Shown here: in pieces, positions 36,278 to 49,423 of the stretch
Position numbering within the stretch: position 1 is the first letter of the stretch
How the letters are laid out: each line of letters opens with the position of its first letter
DNA from: Camelus ferus
Taxonomy: Eukaryota
DNA length: 64,000 bases
Assembly: GCF_009834535.1 (NCBI RefSeq)
Contig: NC_045696.1
Coordinates: 64,792,001-64,856,000, forward strand
Direction of reading: 5' to 3'
The notes under the pieces: generated by a model
The model's database searches: none
Told to the model about the DNA's origin: nothing
Seen by the model: the letters and a program-made list of their open reading frames with translations, nothing else
Translations under genes and position numbers: made by a program

Positions 36278-37334
36278 GGAAACCATAAGTAAAACAAAAA
36301 GACAGCCTACGGAATGGGAGAAAATTTTTGCAAATGAAACCGACAAAGGCTTGATCTCCAGAATATATAAGCAGCTCATACGACTTAATAAGAAACAACT
36401 GAACAGCCTAATCCAAAAATGGGCAAAAGACCTAAACAAGCAATTTTCCAAGGAAGACATACAAATGATCAATAAGCACATGAAAAAATGCTCAATATCA
36501 CTAATTATCAGAGAAATGCAAATCAAAACTACAATGAGGTATCACCTCACACCAGTCAGAATGGCCATCATTCAAAAATCCACAAATGACAAATGCTGGA
36601 GAAAGGGGAACCCTCCTACACTGCTGGTGGGAATGCAGTTTGGTGCAGCCAGTGTGGAAAACAGTATGGAGATTCCTCAAAGACTAGGAATAGACTTACT
36701 GTATGACCCAGGAACGCTGCTCCTGGGCTTATATCCAGAAGCAACCCTACTTCAGGATGACACCTGCACCCCAATGTTCATAGCAGCACTATTTACAATA
36801 GCCAAGACATGGAAACAGCCTAAATGTCCATCAACGGATGACTGGATAAAGAAGAAGTGGTATATTTATACAATGGAATACTATTCAGCCATAAAAACAG
36901 ACAACATAATGCCATTTGCAGCAACATGGATGCTCCTGGAGAATGTCATTCTAAGTGAAGTAAGCCAGAAAGAGAAAGAAAAATACCATATGAGATCGCT
37001 CATATGTGGAATAAAAAAAAAAACCCAAACAAACAAACAAAACATAAATACAAAACAGAAACAGACTCAAGGACATAGAATACAAACTTGTGGTTGCCAA
37101 GGGGGCGGGGAGTGGGAAGAAATAGACTGGGATTTCAAAATTGTAGAATAGATAAACAGAATTATACTGTATAGCACAGGGAAATATATACAAGATCTTA
37201 TGGTAGCTCACAGAGAAAAAATGTGACAATGAATATATATATGTTCATGTATAACTGAAAAATTGTGCTCTACACTGGAATTTGACACAACATTGTAAAA
37301 TGATTATAAATCAATAAAAAATGTTAAAAAAAAT
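36278..37334 (+). mobile_element. Young 5'-truncated L1 (ORF2 C-terminus, 3'UTR, short poly-A)
   Basis: ORF 36351-37151 is L1 ORF2 ([16 protein letters not shown]...[20 protein letters not shown]). AATAAA and A-tail present. TSD aaagtgta (36270-36277 / 37335-37342) at a TT/AAAG endonuclease site. Confidence 0.97.
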
Positions 37335-38169
37335 AAAGTGTATTGTGCAAAGTAGAAAATTGTGATCCCACAGTACTGGTTTCGTGGAAAAAAGAATGGA
37401 TTTTATGGGCAAGGGTGAGAAGAACGGTGAGGTTCTTTTGCAAAGTCTCATTACTATTTATTTCCTCTATTCTGTTTCTGTCATTATCAGCATTTAGCAC
37501 TGAGATTATTTCAGTTGGATCGTCACCAGATTCTTTGCCTCCCGCTCGTGATCCCCAGTAGTTCTCCGTGCTGGTGCCAACCGAGTGTTCCCAGAGTACT
37601 GGTGTGCTCTCTGCTGTTGCCTTTCCACATCTGCATGACAACCCAGAAAATCCTTTTCCTTTTCTTTTCCCAATCCAAATTCTGTCTTTTAAACTCAGGC
37701 TGGCTCATACCTGTGCTGCAAACCCATCCCCAATCCTCTAGGCTATAAAACATTTCTAAGTTTATATGCTCTAGTTTTAGGGTCTTCATCACCCATAATT
37801 TTTATTCCTTAGCCTAGCCCATTTTGCTCTTTTTATAAATATTATACACCTTGGTATTCTAGGGGGTGAGGAATGCCGTCTAGGTTTTGTAGTCCCCTTA
37901 ACTGAATACACAGGAGGCACTCAAAATGGATTGAATGAACCAGGAAGCATTATTATGAGAATATAAAACATGATTTTGTTTAGCCAGACTAGATGAATAG
38001 ATTTATTCTATTTTTCTCCTCATCTTACACATACCACCATTCAGGAGCAAGAAATATGTGTTTATTTGTTTTGGTTTATTAGTGGGAGACAGAGTTTGTA
38101 GAATTTCTTTTTCATTTATCATTTTGTTTGTGGACAAGAAGCTAAGTAATGCTCAAATGCATCTCCTAG

Positions 38170-38220
38170 GGTTTTGTTTGTTTGTTTGTTTGTTTTTGTT
38201 TTTTTTTTGGTTTTTTTTGG
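38170..38220. repeat. (GTTT)n / T-rich tract
   Basis: Directly visible. Confidence 0.9.
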
Positions 38221-39274
38221 ACAACTGAAATAAAGAAGTTGACTGAATCAGGATTACTGAGACCCCATGTGACTTTACTGGTCACATATTGCAATAACAT
38301 CTGACCCAGATAGGGACTGGGACTTTGGGCAGGTGGGCATCTGCTCTGCTTAGGGTCCCATCCTCCTGCTCTTTCTCTTGAGATGCTGCTGCTGCCAGCT
38401 GGAAGGACGGTGGTGCTGGACTCTGAACCTAGACTGAACTGTGTAGTCTCCTGTGGCCTTGACTTGAAAGAGACTTGGAAGTAGAATAATACCTTTTATT
38501 ATGAGGAGAAGAAGGGAGGCCCAGGAACATTGCTTGTTCAAAAGGGAATTCATTTCCTGTATCCAGCCAGGGAGTAGCCGGAAGGAGAGCAGACCTGAGC
38601 TGTAGATGGGCACACATACCCGTGTGATGTTCAACAGTGCTTTTCAAACAGCATGCCTCTCTTAGGTGTCCATGTTGTGATCAACATGTACAACTAGAGA
38701 TTATCCTGTTTTATGATGTCTGTTCTGCAGAAAAGTGGGCTCAGCAGGTTTAGAGCAGAGAAAATGTGTAGTAAGAATTCAGACGCAGAACATAACATCA
38801 AGACGATGCACTGAAGTGTTGCATGCCTACTGGAGTATGAGAAAATGTTTCTTTTGAGTTTATGCCAGTCAACAGTTCTGAAACAGTGACTTAAGTCTGA
38901 AGAGCAACTAAATAAATACTGATATTAGTGGAAAGGGGTTCACTTTCCATTTTCTGAACTTCCTTTTTCTTTCAGCCAGGGCTTACCTTCCTTTTAATTA
39001 CTTCCAAGTATCCTGACACACAATCTATTTGAAAAATTTCCCTCATTCACAGGAAGACTGAAAGCTATTAATACACATTAAAGATATTTATGTGAAGAGT
39101 GAATAGAATAATCTTGCAAACTTATACTTAAGAAGTAGTGATGGATGTTGGAATTTATTAGACAACAATCTTTATGTTTTATCATACTTTACCTTTACGC
39201 AGTACTTCAGCATTTTCTTTTGTTTGAACCCCAGAAGATTATTATGGGGTAGGGATATGGTATTATAGTCATAA

Positions 39275-39470
39275 GTTAGGGTCTGGGTTTGAATCCTGCC
39301 TTTCTCACTTACTAGCTGCAAGATTACAGGTAAATTGCTTAACCTAAGTTAATGAGAGTCAGTTTTCTCATTGGTATAATGGAGATAACTACCTGCTTCT
39401 TGGGTTGCTGTGATAAGGAATGGAGATAAAAATGGTACTTGGAAAATAGTAAGTGTTCAATATGTATTTT
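39275..39470 (+). mobile_element. MIR SINE
   Basis: ctgggtttgaatcctgcctttctcacttactagctg...tcagttttctcattggtataatggagataa...agtaagtgttcaata. Confidence 0.9.
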
Positions 39471-39973
39471 CTATGAGAGATTGGATAGGGCAAAGATACT
39501 AGCTTGAAAAGGCCAGAAAGAGACTTGCTCAGAATCAGCTGAAATGGGACTAGGTCTCAGGGTTCCTGCCTACCAAGGATATTTTAATTTTATCAGTTCT
39601 TGGCAGAGCGAAATATAGAACTTTGGTCAACATGTTTCACCAGCCAGTGTGCTTATCAGTGGCATACACGTGTAACCTACGGATACCTATGTGCAAAATC
39701 AGAATCTCAGAACTGAATCAAGTACCTAATGAAATGATGTAAAATGAAGTACAATCAGTTAGCTCCTGATAAGGAAGCACTCAAATTTCTGTTTATGGGA
39801 GCTTTCTTGTCTGTCATGAACTTGAAAGATATAATTGGTCAAACAGCATATGAAACTGTTAATATAAATGTGTGGCTTCAAGTGAAGTTAATTCTTAACT
39901 CTCCATGCTCCGTTGTCTATAATTCTTAGCTAATTTTTCACAGTAGGTCAAATTATATTGTGTATACTTTTGA

Positions 39974-39975
39974 AA

Positions 39976-40008
<33 letters not shown>

Positions 40009-40217
40009 TTTTTTTATTGAAGTATAGTCAGTTTACAATGTTGTGTCAATTCTGGTGTACAGCATAATGTCCCAATCAGACATATACATACATATATTCA
40101 TTTTCATATTCTTTTTCATTATAGGTTACTACAAGATATTGAATATAGTTCCTTGTGCTATATAGAAGGACCTTATTGTTTATCTATTTTATGTATAGTA
40201 GTGGGTATCTGCAAATC
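39974..40217 (-). mobile_element. Short L1 3' end with (TA/TG)n in the tail
   Basis: ttattgaagtatagtcagtttacaatgttgtg...; 18-bp TSD tattgtgt(a/t)tacttttga (39956-39973 / 40218-40235). Confidence 0.92.
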
Positions 40218-40504
40218 TATTGTGTTTACTTTTGAGCCAGTCTTGATCCTTCCTACCCCTACCCATACTTCTCATCTGAAAAGCTGGTATACTTACAGAC
40301 TTGAAATACAATATACATGAGTCTAATGTTTAAAAATAAATAAAATTATGTGTCATAATCACTGGGAATAAAGTATCTTGTACACTGGTAATAATTTCAG
40401 CTATTCTGTCATTGTTTCTACTCACTCTTCGTCTCTGTTAATCCAGATAACTAAAAGTGGCTGGACACCATACTGCAATAGAATGTGCTTCATTATTTTG
40501 AAAC

Positions 40505-40975
40505 CTTTGAGCCAGGTGTCTTCTTTTTGTGCTTCCAGATCCCCTCTCCACTCGCTTATCTCTGCTTTCTACCTGGGAGGGTGACCTGTGTGGATGCTCC
40601 AAGAGGTTCTGTATACTCTGGCTGTCTCCTGGGTTTGTCCAGCGAGGGGCCTTGCCAGGAGAAGGAAGGGAGAGAGAGTGAGGTCAGAGTGTTTGTTCCT
40701 GTGCAGCCACCTCTGGCTGTCCGGGACAGAAGGTCACTACTCATTTCCCAGTACCATTAGTTACACAGCTTTCTCTCCCTCTGGACTTGAGTACCTCCTC
40801 CCTCTTGTCTCTTCAGGCTGGTAGAGTCCTGCCGCACTTGCCCTGAGCCTCCACACTCTCCTTGTATCTTCCCTATACCTGCTCTCCCTTCTGTAATTAG
40901 TCCTTTTGTAAGTGCAGTCTCCTCAGATTATCCTAATTTAGGAGTGCCATATGTTTGCTTTTGGAATCCAACTTC
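40505..40975 (+). mobile_element. ERVL solo LTR (LTR33-like)
   Basis: ttccagatcccctctccac...ggagggtgacctgtgtggatg...caggagaaggaagggagagagagtgaggtcagagtgtttgttcc...gagtgccatatgtt. Confidence 0.75.
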
Positions 40976-41454
40976 AATCATTCAAAAGCATTCACTTGCT
41001 CATATATGGCTCCAGTTGTGTGACTCCTTCACTCAGGACCCACTCCATGTCTTGCTCATGCTTTCAGGATAAAGATCATCCACGCCCATTTATAATTTGA
41101 CTAGAATCAGTGTCTCCTTCTTCATTCTCACTAACCTCCTCCAGGTACTCTCTATTCTGATGAACCTAGACAGCCCAGTTCCCCTCCAATCCTTTGTGAG
41201 TCGCTTTGGGAAAGTCACTTTACCTCTCTGTCCTCAGATCCTAAACTTGAAGCTTCTTGTCCAGGACTTGGACGTGATGGTGGTACTTGTGGTGGTAATT
41301 CCACGAAAAGTCACCCATGGGCATCAATACCACCAAAACAGGGAGCATATTGCAGATGGCTCTGAGGACTTCAGACTTAATGCTTGATTCACTGGTTGCT
41401 TATTAAATGCTTTCTGTCTCTTGTTATAAAATGATGATTGACTCATCAGGGGTC

Positions 41455-41685
41455 ATGGAGAGTGGTGGTGAGAGTGAGTCAGGCTTTGGGGTCAAGCTCA
41501 GGTTTATATCTGGATTCCACCACTTGTTAATGAGGACCTCTGAGCTCCATTTGCTCATCTTTAAACAAAGAGAATATTTTCCTCACAGGTTGTCACAAGG
41601 AGCAGAGGAGATGGGTACTGAGCCCAGCCTTCTCCATAAATGGGTATAGAGAAAAGTATCAAAATTGTAACTACCATTATTACTT
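41455..41685 (+). mobile_element. MIR SINE
   Basis: caggctttggggtcaagctcaggtttatatctggattccaccactt...cctcacaggttgtcacaagg. Confidence 0.75.
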
Positions 41686-42859
41686 TTATATTTTCCTACC
41701 CTTTAAAGTGTGGAACCTCACACATGACCCTGGAGCCAGTATTTAGGTGATGCGTGGAAGGTCTTTGTCCAGGTGAGTGACCTTGGGTCTGTCTGAAGAT
41801 TCAGTATTAGATGTCACCTCGCCGTGAGCTTTAGGTTTGCATGGGGATTAAATCATTTTATTTCTCTGCTCTTTGATGATAGTCTGGGGAGTTCATAGAT
41901 TGTAACATTATTTTCTGGATTTCCTAGGCTATTTTCAGCAGGATTTTATCCGCGCTATCTGGTTATTTTACTTTGATGATTTTAGGCTGCCAGGTAGTGA
42001 ACTTCTGGAAGGTTGTTTCCTGGCTGTTTCATCAGGATGGTACTTTAGATACCTAGGGGCTGTGCTCTGTCTCTCCAAACTTCTCTGGCACAAGAATAGC
42101 TTCTGCGATGATTTTTAATCCTTCCATTTCTTTGTCATTAAAAAATCATGAAATGAGAATATAGGGTCTAGAAGAACTGGGCCTGTCCTAAAGACACTGT
42201 AATCCATAATCACTTTATGGATTTTGGCTTTTTCCATTATTTTAACTTTACAATCTCCCCTCGATGGGTAACAACATCTTTGCATTTATGTTTTACCTGT
42301 GTTTTCTGCATTTATTTCAGTGTTTCTGGAAACAAAAATCTGGGAATAATCTGATATTCCCGATCCTCTGAGGTTTGCAGCCACGTTCTTTGTACTCCCT
42401 CGTACACTGTGTTGACATCTACACAAGCTGCCCGTTTCTGAGTGCATCATTTAAGTGATCAGCCTTCACAGATTAGGGGAAAGGGTCTCCTCTGCGGTGG
42501 GTGAAAGCTCTGGGAACGTGCCACCCTCACTGTGGGCTAGAACAGACCGTTGATTCAGGGTCCTCTGACAGGCTCACGGGAGCATCGTGTTTTGCAACTG
42601 AAGTTCTTGGGTTCGATCAATTTAATGTTTTGCTCTGTTTTTGTTTATAAAACCAATGGTTTAAAGCTACTTTAATTCAAGTTGTATTCAGTAGCATTTC
42701 TTTAGTTACAGAACCTCAATTTGAATTTACTTAAGAGGGAATTTTTAGAAGGATGCTAGGATGGCTCACAGAAGGAAAGGGGTGAGTTGAGTGAATGAGG
42801 TGAGATGTGGGATTTCAGGGACTGGGCAAAGGCGTTAAGAGCCTTCAGAACATTCTGTC

Positions 42860-43020
42860 ACTCCTTCTGTTCTCTCTCTCTCTCTCTTTGTTGACTCTCT
42901 CTCTCTCTCCCCTCCTCTTTCTCTGTTCTCTCTTTCTCTTTCTCTTTCTCTTTCTCTTTCTCTTTCTCTTTCTCTCTCTCTTTCCCTCTCTCTCTCTCAC
43001 TCTTGCTCTCGCTCTCTGTC
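42860..43020. repeat. Polypyrimidine (CT)n/(TCTCTT)n compound microsatellite
   Basis: Directly visible. Source of the ER/KE-rich ORFs. Confidence 0.95.
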
Positions 43021-43517
43021 CCTGCCCTTTGGGCATGGCTACAGACCACTGCAGCTGTGAACCTAGAACATAAAAGATGGGAGTTTTCTGCGACGACTTC
43101 AGTTTATGAAAATGCAAGGAGGGCTGTCATCTTGGCTCGTATTCCTGCCCAGGCACCAGTCACTGTGACAGAGCAAATGGGCTGCTATGATTGCCTCACT
43201 CTGGGTTATATGCCCGCCACTGTGGCCTGGGAGTGTTCTGTGCTAGGAAACTTTATAAAAATCACTTGCCTCTAAAAAGGGGTAGACGTTGCTACTGGAA
43301 GTAGAGGAAGAGATTCTGAACTGACAAAAACAACAGATGTCCAAGGCACAAAGGGAAACTAGTTTTTAAAGTTTTAATTTCTACAGAATTAAACAAAACC
43401 TGTTTTACCTTATTGCAGAGTTATATTCATTCAAAAATATTTATTTAGTACTTTTTGTGTGCCAGATCATAAGAAAGACATATGATATGTTCCCTACTCT
43501 TAAATTAAAAACAAATA

Positions 43518-43960
43518 TGTATTAGCTGGGTTTTCTTCCATGTGCTGTGTAACAAATGACCACAGACCTCAGTGGCTTACAACAGGAAGTATTTAATTCA
43601 TACTTGCATTCTGTGAGTGCTGTAGCTCATGAGTCCTGGAGTCAGCATGGCTCTGTTCCATGTGTCTTTTTGTTCTGGAACACATGCTGCGTGTGTAACC
43701 CCTGTTGGAGACGCAATAGTCTCATGGTGGAGGGCAAGAGCAAGAAAGTGGGGGCCAAACCATGCTTTCTGTTGAAAACTTTTGCCTAATCATAGCAAAC
43801 ATCTGCTCACACAGTCCTTTTGGCCAACGCATGTCACATGGCCAAGCCCAACAATCAATGAGGTAGGAGTGTGGTCTTTTTCCGTAGAGTGTGTGACAAG
43901 TCACAGGACAATGAGTAGAGACGGAACAAATTTTTGAGGACAGGACTAATGTACTTCACA
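43518..43960 (-). mobile_element. MaLR LTR (MLT1J-like)
   Basis: tgtattagc...tgtgtaacaaatgaccacagacctcagtggcttacaaca...ttggccaacgcatgtcacatggccaagcccaac...caca. Confidence 0.85.
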
Positions 43961-46889
43961 AAGCAATATTGGGTTTTCACCCTTAGGCATTTGGTATGTG
44001 TTTGAAAAAATAAAGTAGTGGTAAATAATTACCATCACTTTTCTTTTGAGTAGGTGGAGATTGGACAGTGTGCAGTCAGGCTCCCCATGTCACCTCTCTG
44101 CTTAACATCCTGGATTCCCTCCTTTACGTGGCTTTGATGACCACTGTGCCTTTGGTTACCTTCTAATCATCATCTCCTTGTGATAAGGAATTTCTAGTTA
44201 CATCAGCTGGTCTAAAAAACATGTTGGAAGTAGATAGGGGAGTAAATTAGTAAAAGCATGCAGAAGGCAGTCTCGGCTGTTCCCAAGGTTAAGTCAGACC
44301 TCAGAGGCTTGAAGAGAATTTCTCTCTAATGCCAAGTTTCATTTGGCCCCATAACATACCTGGGGTCCTCAGTTTCCTCTGTTCAGTCAAACGTTTATTC
44401 ATTTACTGAACCCATAGTAAGAGTTGGGATTACACAGATGAGTGAACTCGTAGGTTCTGCACTCCGAGAAGTCACAGTGGGGAGTGTGAAAAGCATGTAA
44501 ATTACAGAAAAATCTTCAAGTACAGAAATAGCATCAGAGGAGAATAAGTAAATCCCTGTGGGTCCTGGCCAGAGACGGCAGGCCTGGAGACAGGGAGAGA
44601 CTTCCCGGAGCAAGCGGCAGTCGAACAGAACTGTGAACAACGAATAGGAAAAATGTAGGTAGAAACTGAATTTCTGCTTAGGAAGGACCAAGTGGTGGGA
44701 ATAGCGAGCACAAACTGGAAGTCATAGGGTTGTTTGTCTATTTGCTCTCAATACCCTTGCGGGGAATCAAGGACAGATAGTAAAAGGAGGTGAGGAATCA
44801 GGGCTGAGGAGCCAAACAGATGAGATCAAGAGAATTAGAGAAAATGAGGTTATTTCCCTTCCTGGAGCAAAGACAGTGTTAATTACTTCCCCTCCCCTCT
44901 TCTCCCTCTTCTTGGAGCAGCTGGACAGTCTTTAGCAGTTTTAGGTTATTGGCCGTTGGGAAGTTTCTGGGAGATTATGTCTTCAAGGTTTTATTTTGGA
45001 GACTGTTGAGCTGTGGGCCTTCGGGGATCTTGGGACTCTAGGAGATGAAAGAAATCAGAGGCAGAAAAAGCCAGGGAACAATGTGGAATGGCGTCTGGGC
45101 TCCATGTGAAAGGGAAAGTGTTGTCAAAGGAGACAGGGCGTTTCATTCTAACTATCTGAGGCGACACAGTGGTACAGAGAGAGGGGGTGATGGGGAGGCC
45201 CACCCCAGTACAGGCAGCAGGGGGTGCGATGTCTATAGAAGATTTAAAAGCACAAATAAGTCCAAGTGAAAATCCACATGCATTTGATTATCAGTGTGTG
45301 CAGGCAATTCTAAATAGCACGAGTGATAACATACTCCTCCTCTAAAAAAAAAAGTCTGCTGCAGTGACTTAGTGCTGAGTTTAAGAATATATACATAGGC
45401 TTGAAGTTAGCACATTTTGAAATTACTTATCCTTTAAAATGCTGTATTCTATTTGGATATTAATCTGGAAACCTCTCAGTAATACAGTGTGTCTTCAGTA
45501 CATTTTATCTCAGCTGCACATAATCATTTTGAGAGTAAGGTTCAGAGTCCAGCAGCTGGGTTGGGTGCTGTGTGTCTGTGTATTCCTGGATCTAATGAGT
45601 GGATTTGAAATAATAGTAACATGGCGTTTGATGGACAAAAACTGAAGTTACAATTCTGTCACCTCTTAGGAAATTTTTGTGTCTGAAATTTAAAATAGTG
45701 AAATAGAATACAAACTGTGGTGTATATTTTTCCCTTTTTAAAAAAGTGCATTAATGTAATTATTTTATTTCTATCGTAATTTTTATTGTCAATAAAAATA
45801 TTTTTTGCCATTTGCAATTTTTTTCTGTTATTACTGCTAGAAATAATTTTGTGGCATATTGGAGGGAAATTTTAAAAAAATAATCTCTCAGTGTTGAGTA
45901 TCCTAGTCACATCACTACCAGGCTCCTGTAGCTGGAAGCAGAGGCAGGGGCTCCGGGCAAGGTCTGCCCCCCAGATGGAAACTGCGCATCTGAGTGAAAC
46001 CTTCCCGGTGGGAGGGTGTCTCTGCAATTTGAGCAAAGCGTTTATGAAACATCCAGTCCTTGCTAGACAGCTCCTGGACCTGACAGTGTGACAGTGAGAG
46101 AGTGTCAAGGGACATACATTCTAGCGGGGAGAGGGTGAAAACAGTCATGCCGAATAAAAGACCCTAAGTGAGAACACAAGCCAAGTAAAGCAGCATGGGC
46201 ATAGGAAGTGTGGGGAGCGGTAGTTCAGAGGGGGTCAAGCAGCATCTGGGGAGAAGCACCATTGGACGCGAAGCCTGTGATGGTGAGCACTCGGAGGCTG
46301 AGTAGTCCGGGGGGAACCATCGGCTGCAGCAAACGTGCAAAGATAAGAGGCTTCGTTTGTCCAAAGGACAGAGAAAAGGCCACAGAGGCTGCAGTGAGAT
46401 GAACATGGGGAAAGGAGTTTCATTTTCTCTTGTGGAAGGAAGCTGACCTCCCAGAGCCTCGAGGAACGTTAGCTGCCCTCTGATAATGATGAAAGCTCAT
46501 GGCAGTTAACCAAACTCCACTGCACTCATGCTATGTTTCATAGAGCTAATGTGGGATTCTCAGAGCATCGTGATGCATCGATACATTTCTCACGTGCCAT
46601 TTTGAGTTAGTGTGTCTTCAGTGCTGAATTAAAAAAAAAATCTTACCCTGTAGCTTTTACCCTGTAGCTTTTCGAGGCTTTGATTGACAATAAATTTAAT
46701 ACGACCAAAAATTTATTTTCAAATAAAATAATTTATTTTTTTGGCCTTTTGATGATCTCACTGACTTCTTATACATTGCTTGTTTTTATTTTTACCTCAT
46801 GTGAGAAAATTAGAATTAATTACACCCTTCAGTTCATTGAACATTATCATCCTGGTTCAGTGAAAATGCATCTTTCATTCTATTTGATC

Positions 46890-47320
46890 CTAAAACACTT
46901 TTTTCCCTTTATATCCAGTTCCCACTCCCATTCCCCTTCCCACCATGATATGTAGGATCTGATATATGCAAAATATATACATGTATTTATTAACATGTAT
47001 AATGTTTATGTAGGTGTGTATCTTTAATTTACATAAATGCTATTGTTATTTATTTCCTTCTGATTTTTCATTCAGCACTGTGATCGAGGTCTGTCCCTGT
47101 TGCTGTGGGCAGGCCTAGTTTATTGCACAGTAGCCCCCTCTTTGTACCAGTTTGATTTCCTTTTCCATCCCAGTGATGGACACCTAGGTTGTCCTCAGTT
47201 CTGGCAGCTCCAAGCAACACTGCTGTGACCATTATTACACATGTTCTTTTATAGACCCGGTTACATGGCACAGGATGGATTCTCTGAGTCATAAGGCATT
47301 CACTGACTTAATTTCACTTA
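46890..47320 (-). mobile_element. Old L1 (L1ME-like) fragment
   Basis: ttccatcccagtgatggacacctaggttgtcctcagtt...caacactgctgtgaccatt. Confidence 0.65.
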
Positions 47321-47499
47321 GCCTAGTTTCCATCGTATGCAGTTCTACACAGTTTGTAAACACATACCTGCTCTTGGCTGAGCAGGTGGTTGGCGGAGGC
47401 CAGGCTCTGTGGTTGATTGCCCTCTGACAGCCAGGCCTCTCGTCACTGGAGAAGGGAGGCTAACATGCACCTGTGGTGTTCAGTTGGACTTAAAGGCGT

Positions 47500-48530
47500 C
47501 CATAGGAACTCATAGTATTTACTGTACATACTGTAGATAGAGAAGTACAGAAGTGTAAATATTCATTCCTTAGTAAACATGCACACGTTTCCTAGGCCTG
47601 CTGAGTAACTGGTTCTAGAGACAAAGGCATTTTGGCTGCAATGAGCCTGCTTAGCGCCCAGATCTTAGTTCCTCAAAAATGTTCTCCAATGAAAAGAGCC
47701 AAGACACTTTGGAGGAGTGTTTGGTTTCAGGGCTGGAGCAGGCAGAGTCTAAGATGAGCCTGGGACGTCTTGTGATACCAGAAGATACGGAAGTGCTCAA
47801 AACAGGATGAAGGCTTGTTGGAAGAGCACAGGGGCCAACCTGAAGGGGCACTACTGGTCAACACTGGGACAATTTGAGCAAGAAAATAAATAATGATAGT
47901 ATTAGATTTCAATCCATAAGATAAAATAAACATCCATCAGTCCATACGGATATAAATAAATGATCAAATAAAAGCTAAGTGAAATAAGCCAGACAGAGAA
48001 AGACAAATACTGTATGACATCACTTATATGTGGAATCCAAAAAAATACCACAAACTAGTGCATATGTAACAAAAAAGAAACAGACTCACAGATAAAGAGA
48101 ACAAACTAGTGGGTTACCAGTGGCTGGGGAGGGGCGCTGTCAGGGTTGGCGAGTAGGTGGTACAAACTATTGGGTGTAAAATGGGCTCAAGGATGAATCG
48201 TATAACATAGGGAACATAGCCACCATCTCTTAAAAATTGTAAATGGAAAGTAACCTTTAAAATTGTACAAAAATGAAACAAAATTTAAAAATGCATTTGG
48301 GATCCTAAACAGGATTCTGGAAGAGACAAAAGGCATTCGTGGGTAAAATTGGAATAAGGTCTGTAGCTTAGTGTGTAATATGGCATCCGTGTTAATTTGT
48401 TGGCTTTGGCAATTGTACTGTGGTTATGTAAGTCGGTAGGTAACATGAGGAGAAGCTGGGTGAAATGTGTATAGGAACTCTGCTAATTTTTAAACTTTTT
48501 TATAAACCTAAAATTAGCTCAAAATAAAAG
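47500..48530 (+). mobile_element. L1MC4-like 3' region split by a younger L1
   Basis: gcgcccagatcttagttcct...gatgagcctgggacgtcttgtgataccagaa...ggggccaacctgaagg, resuming at tgggatcct...aaaattagctcaaaataaaag. Confidence 0.8.
47973..48290 (+). mobile_element. Younger L1 3' end nested in the L1MC-like element
   Basis: gctaagtgaaataagccagacagagaaagacaaatactgtatgacatcacttatatgtggaatc... Confidence 0.9.
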
Positions 48531-49423
48531 CAATATGTATGTATATCTGTATATCTATATAGATATGTAGATATATCTAGTCCTGGAACCACAGGCAGGA
48601 GGGCGTGACCTGTGCAGCCACAGGACCCGTGTCTCCCGTACACTCATGTAAGAGGGGCTGTTTGAATCTCTGTGTCAGGATTTGCCCGCTCTCCAGAATG
48701 GGCCTCTTGTACTTGGTGTCCCCAGTGCAACCCACATCCAGAAGGCTGAAGTCACAGAAGTTCTCTGAGAAGCTCTTCGAATTTTCAGTTCGAATGCATT
48801 TTCTGAGACTTTTGCTGTGTGTTAAGTCTAGGATACTGGCCTGGGGGTCAGAAGAGCCAGTTTCTAGTTCTGGCTCTGCCATTACCCAGCAGTGAGCACT
48901 GGGCATGCGCACCATGTACCTATCTTTTAGAAAAGTACACGATCTTAAAGGCCTTTTTTGCTTCTGTTTCTGTGCATTTACAATCATCTTTCCACTGCTG
49001 ACTTTACAGCCATGCAGTCCTCTTTTAAATTAAAAAAGAGACCTTCTTCTCTGTGGATGCAGCTGTGTTGCCTGACACAGCGTGTGGGAGGCAGCTGACA
49101 GGGGAAGGCTTCCCAGTGAACAAAGGTTCGTAATCGCAACAGAACCTTTCGTGTTTCCTTCTTTTCAGTACAGTGCTCTGAGCACCCTCACCCACCACGC
49201 TTTCCATCTTGCTAAAGTAGTACTCTGCTGCCACCCTGTGGCTGACTCTAGGTACTGTAGGGCCAGGAAACAAAACAGATCAAGGAATTGCACGATCACA
49301 GACTTCTAGAGGAGGAAGATCCTCAGAATTCACTTAAGTGAACCCCTTTATTAATAAGGAAATTGATGCCTGAAGAGGGTGAAGAGGGGCGGTGACTTGC
49401 CCTGTGATACTTAGTATCAGTGG

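Noticed and set aside
36351..37151. 266-aa ORF as a host gene or domesticated protein
   Set aside because: It is a 5'-truncated L1 ORF2 with TSD, non-ATG start, frameshifted Cys motif and lost stop.
42807..43117. ER/KE-rich and LF-rich ORFs (also 2505-2790)
   Set aside because: Translations of simple repeats.
45211..45229. CTCF-like motifs (ggcagcagggggtgc; also ~49225-49244)
   Set aside because: Mismatches at core positions; not callable by eye.
48545..48578. AT-rich palindrome atatctgtatatcta-ta-tagatatgtagatat
   Set aside because: Low-complexity TA-repeat derivative at an L1 tail; expected by chance.
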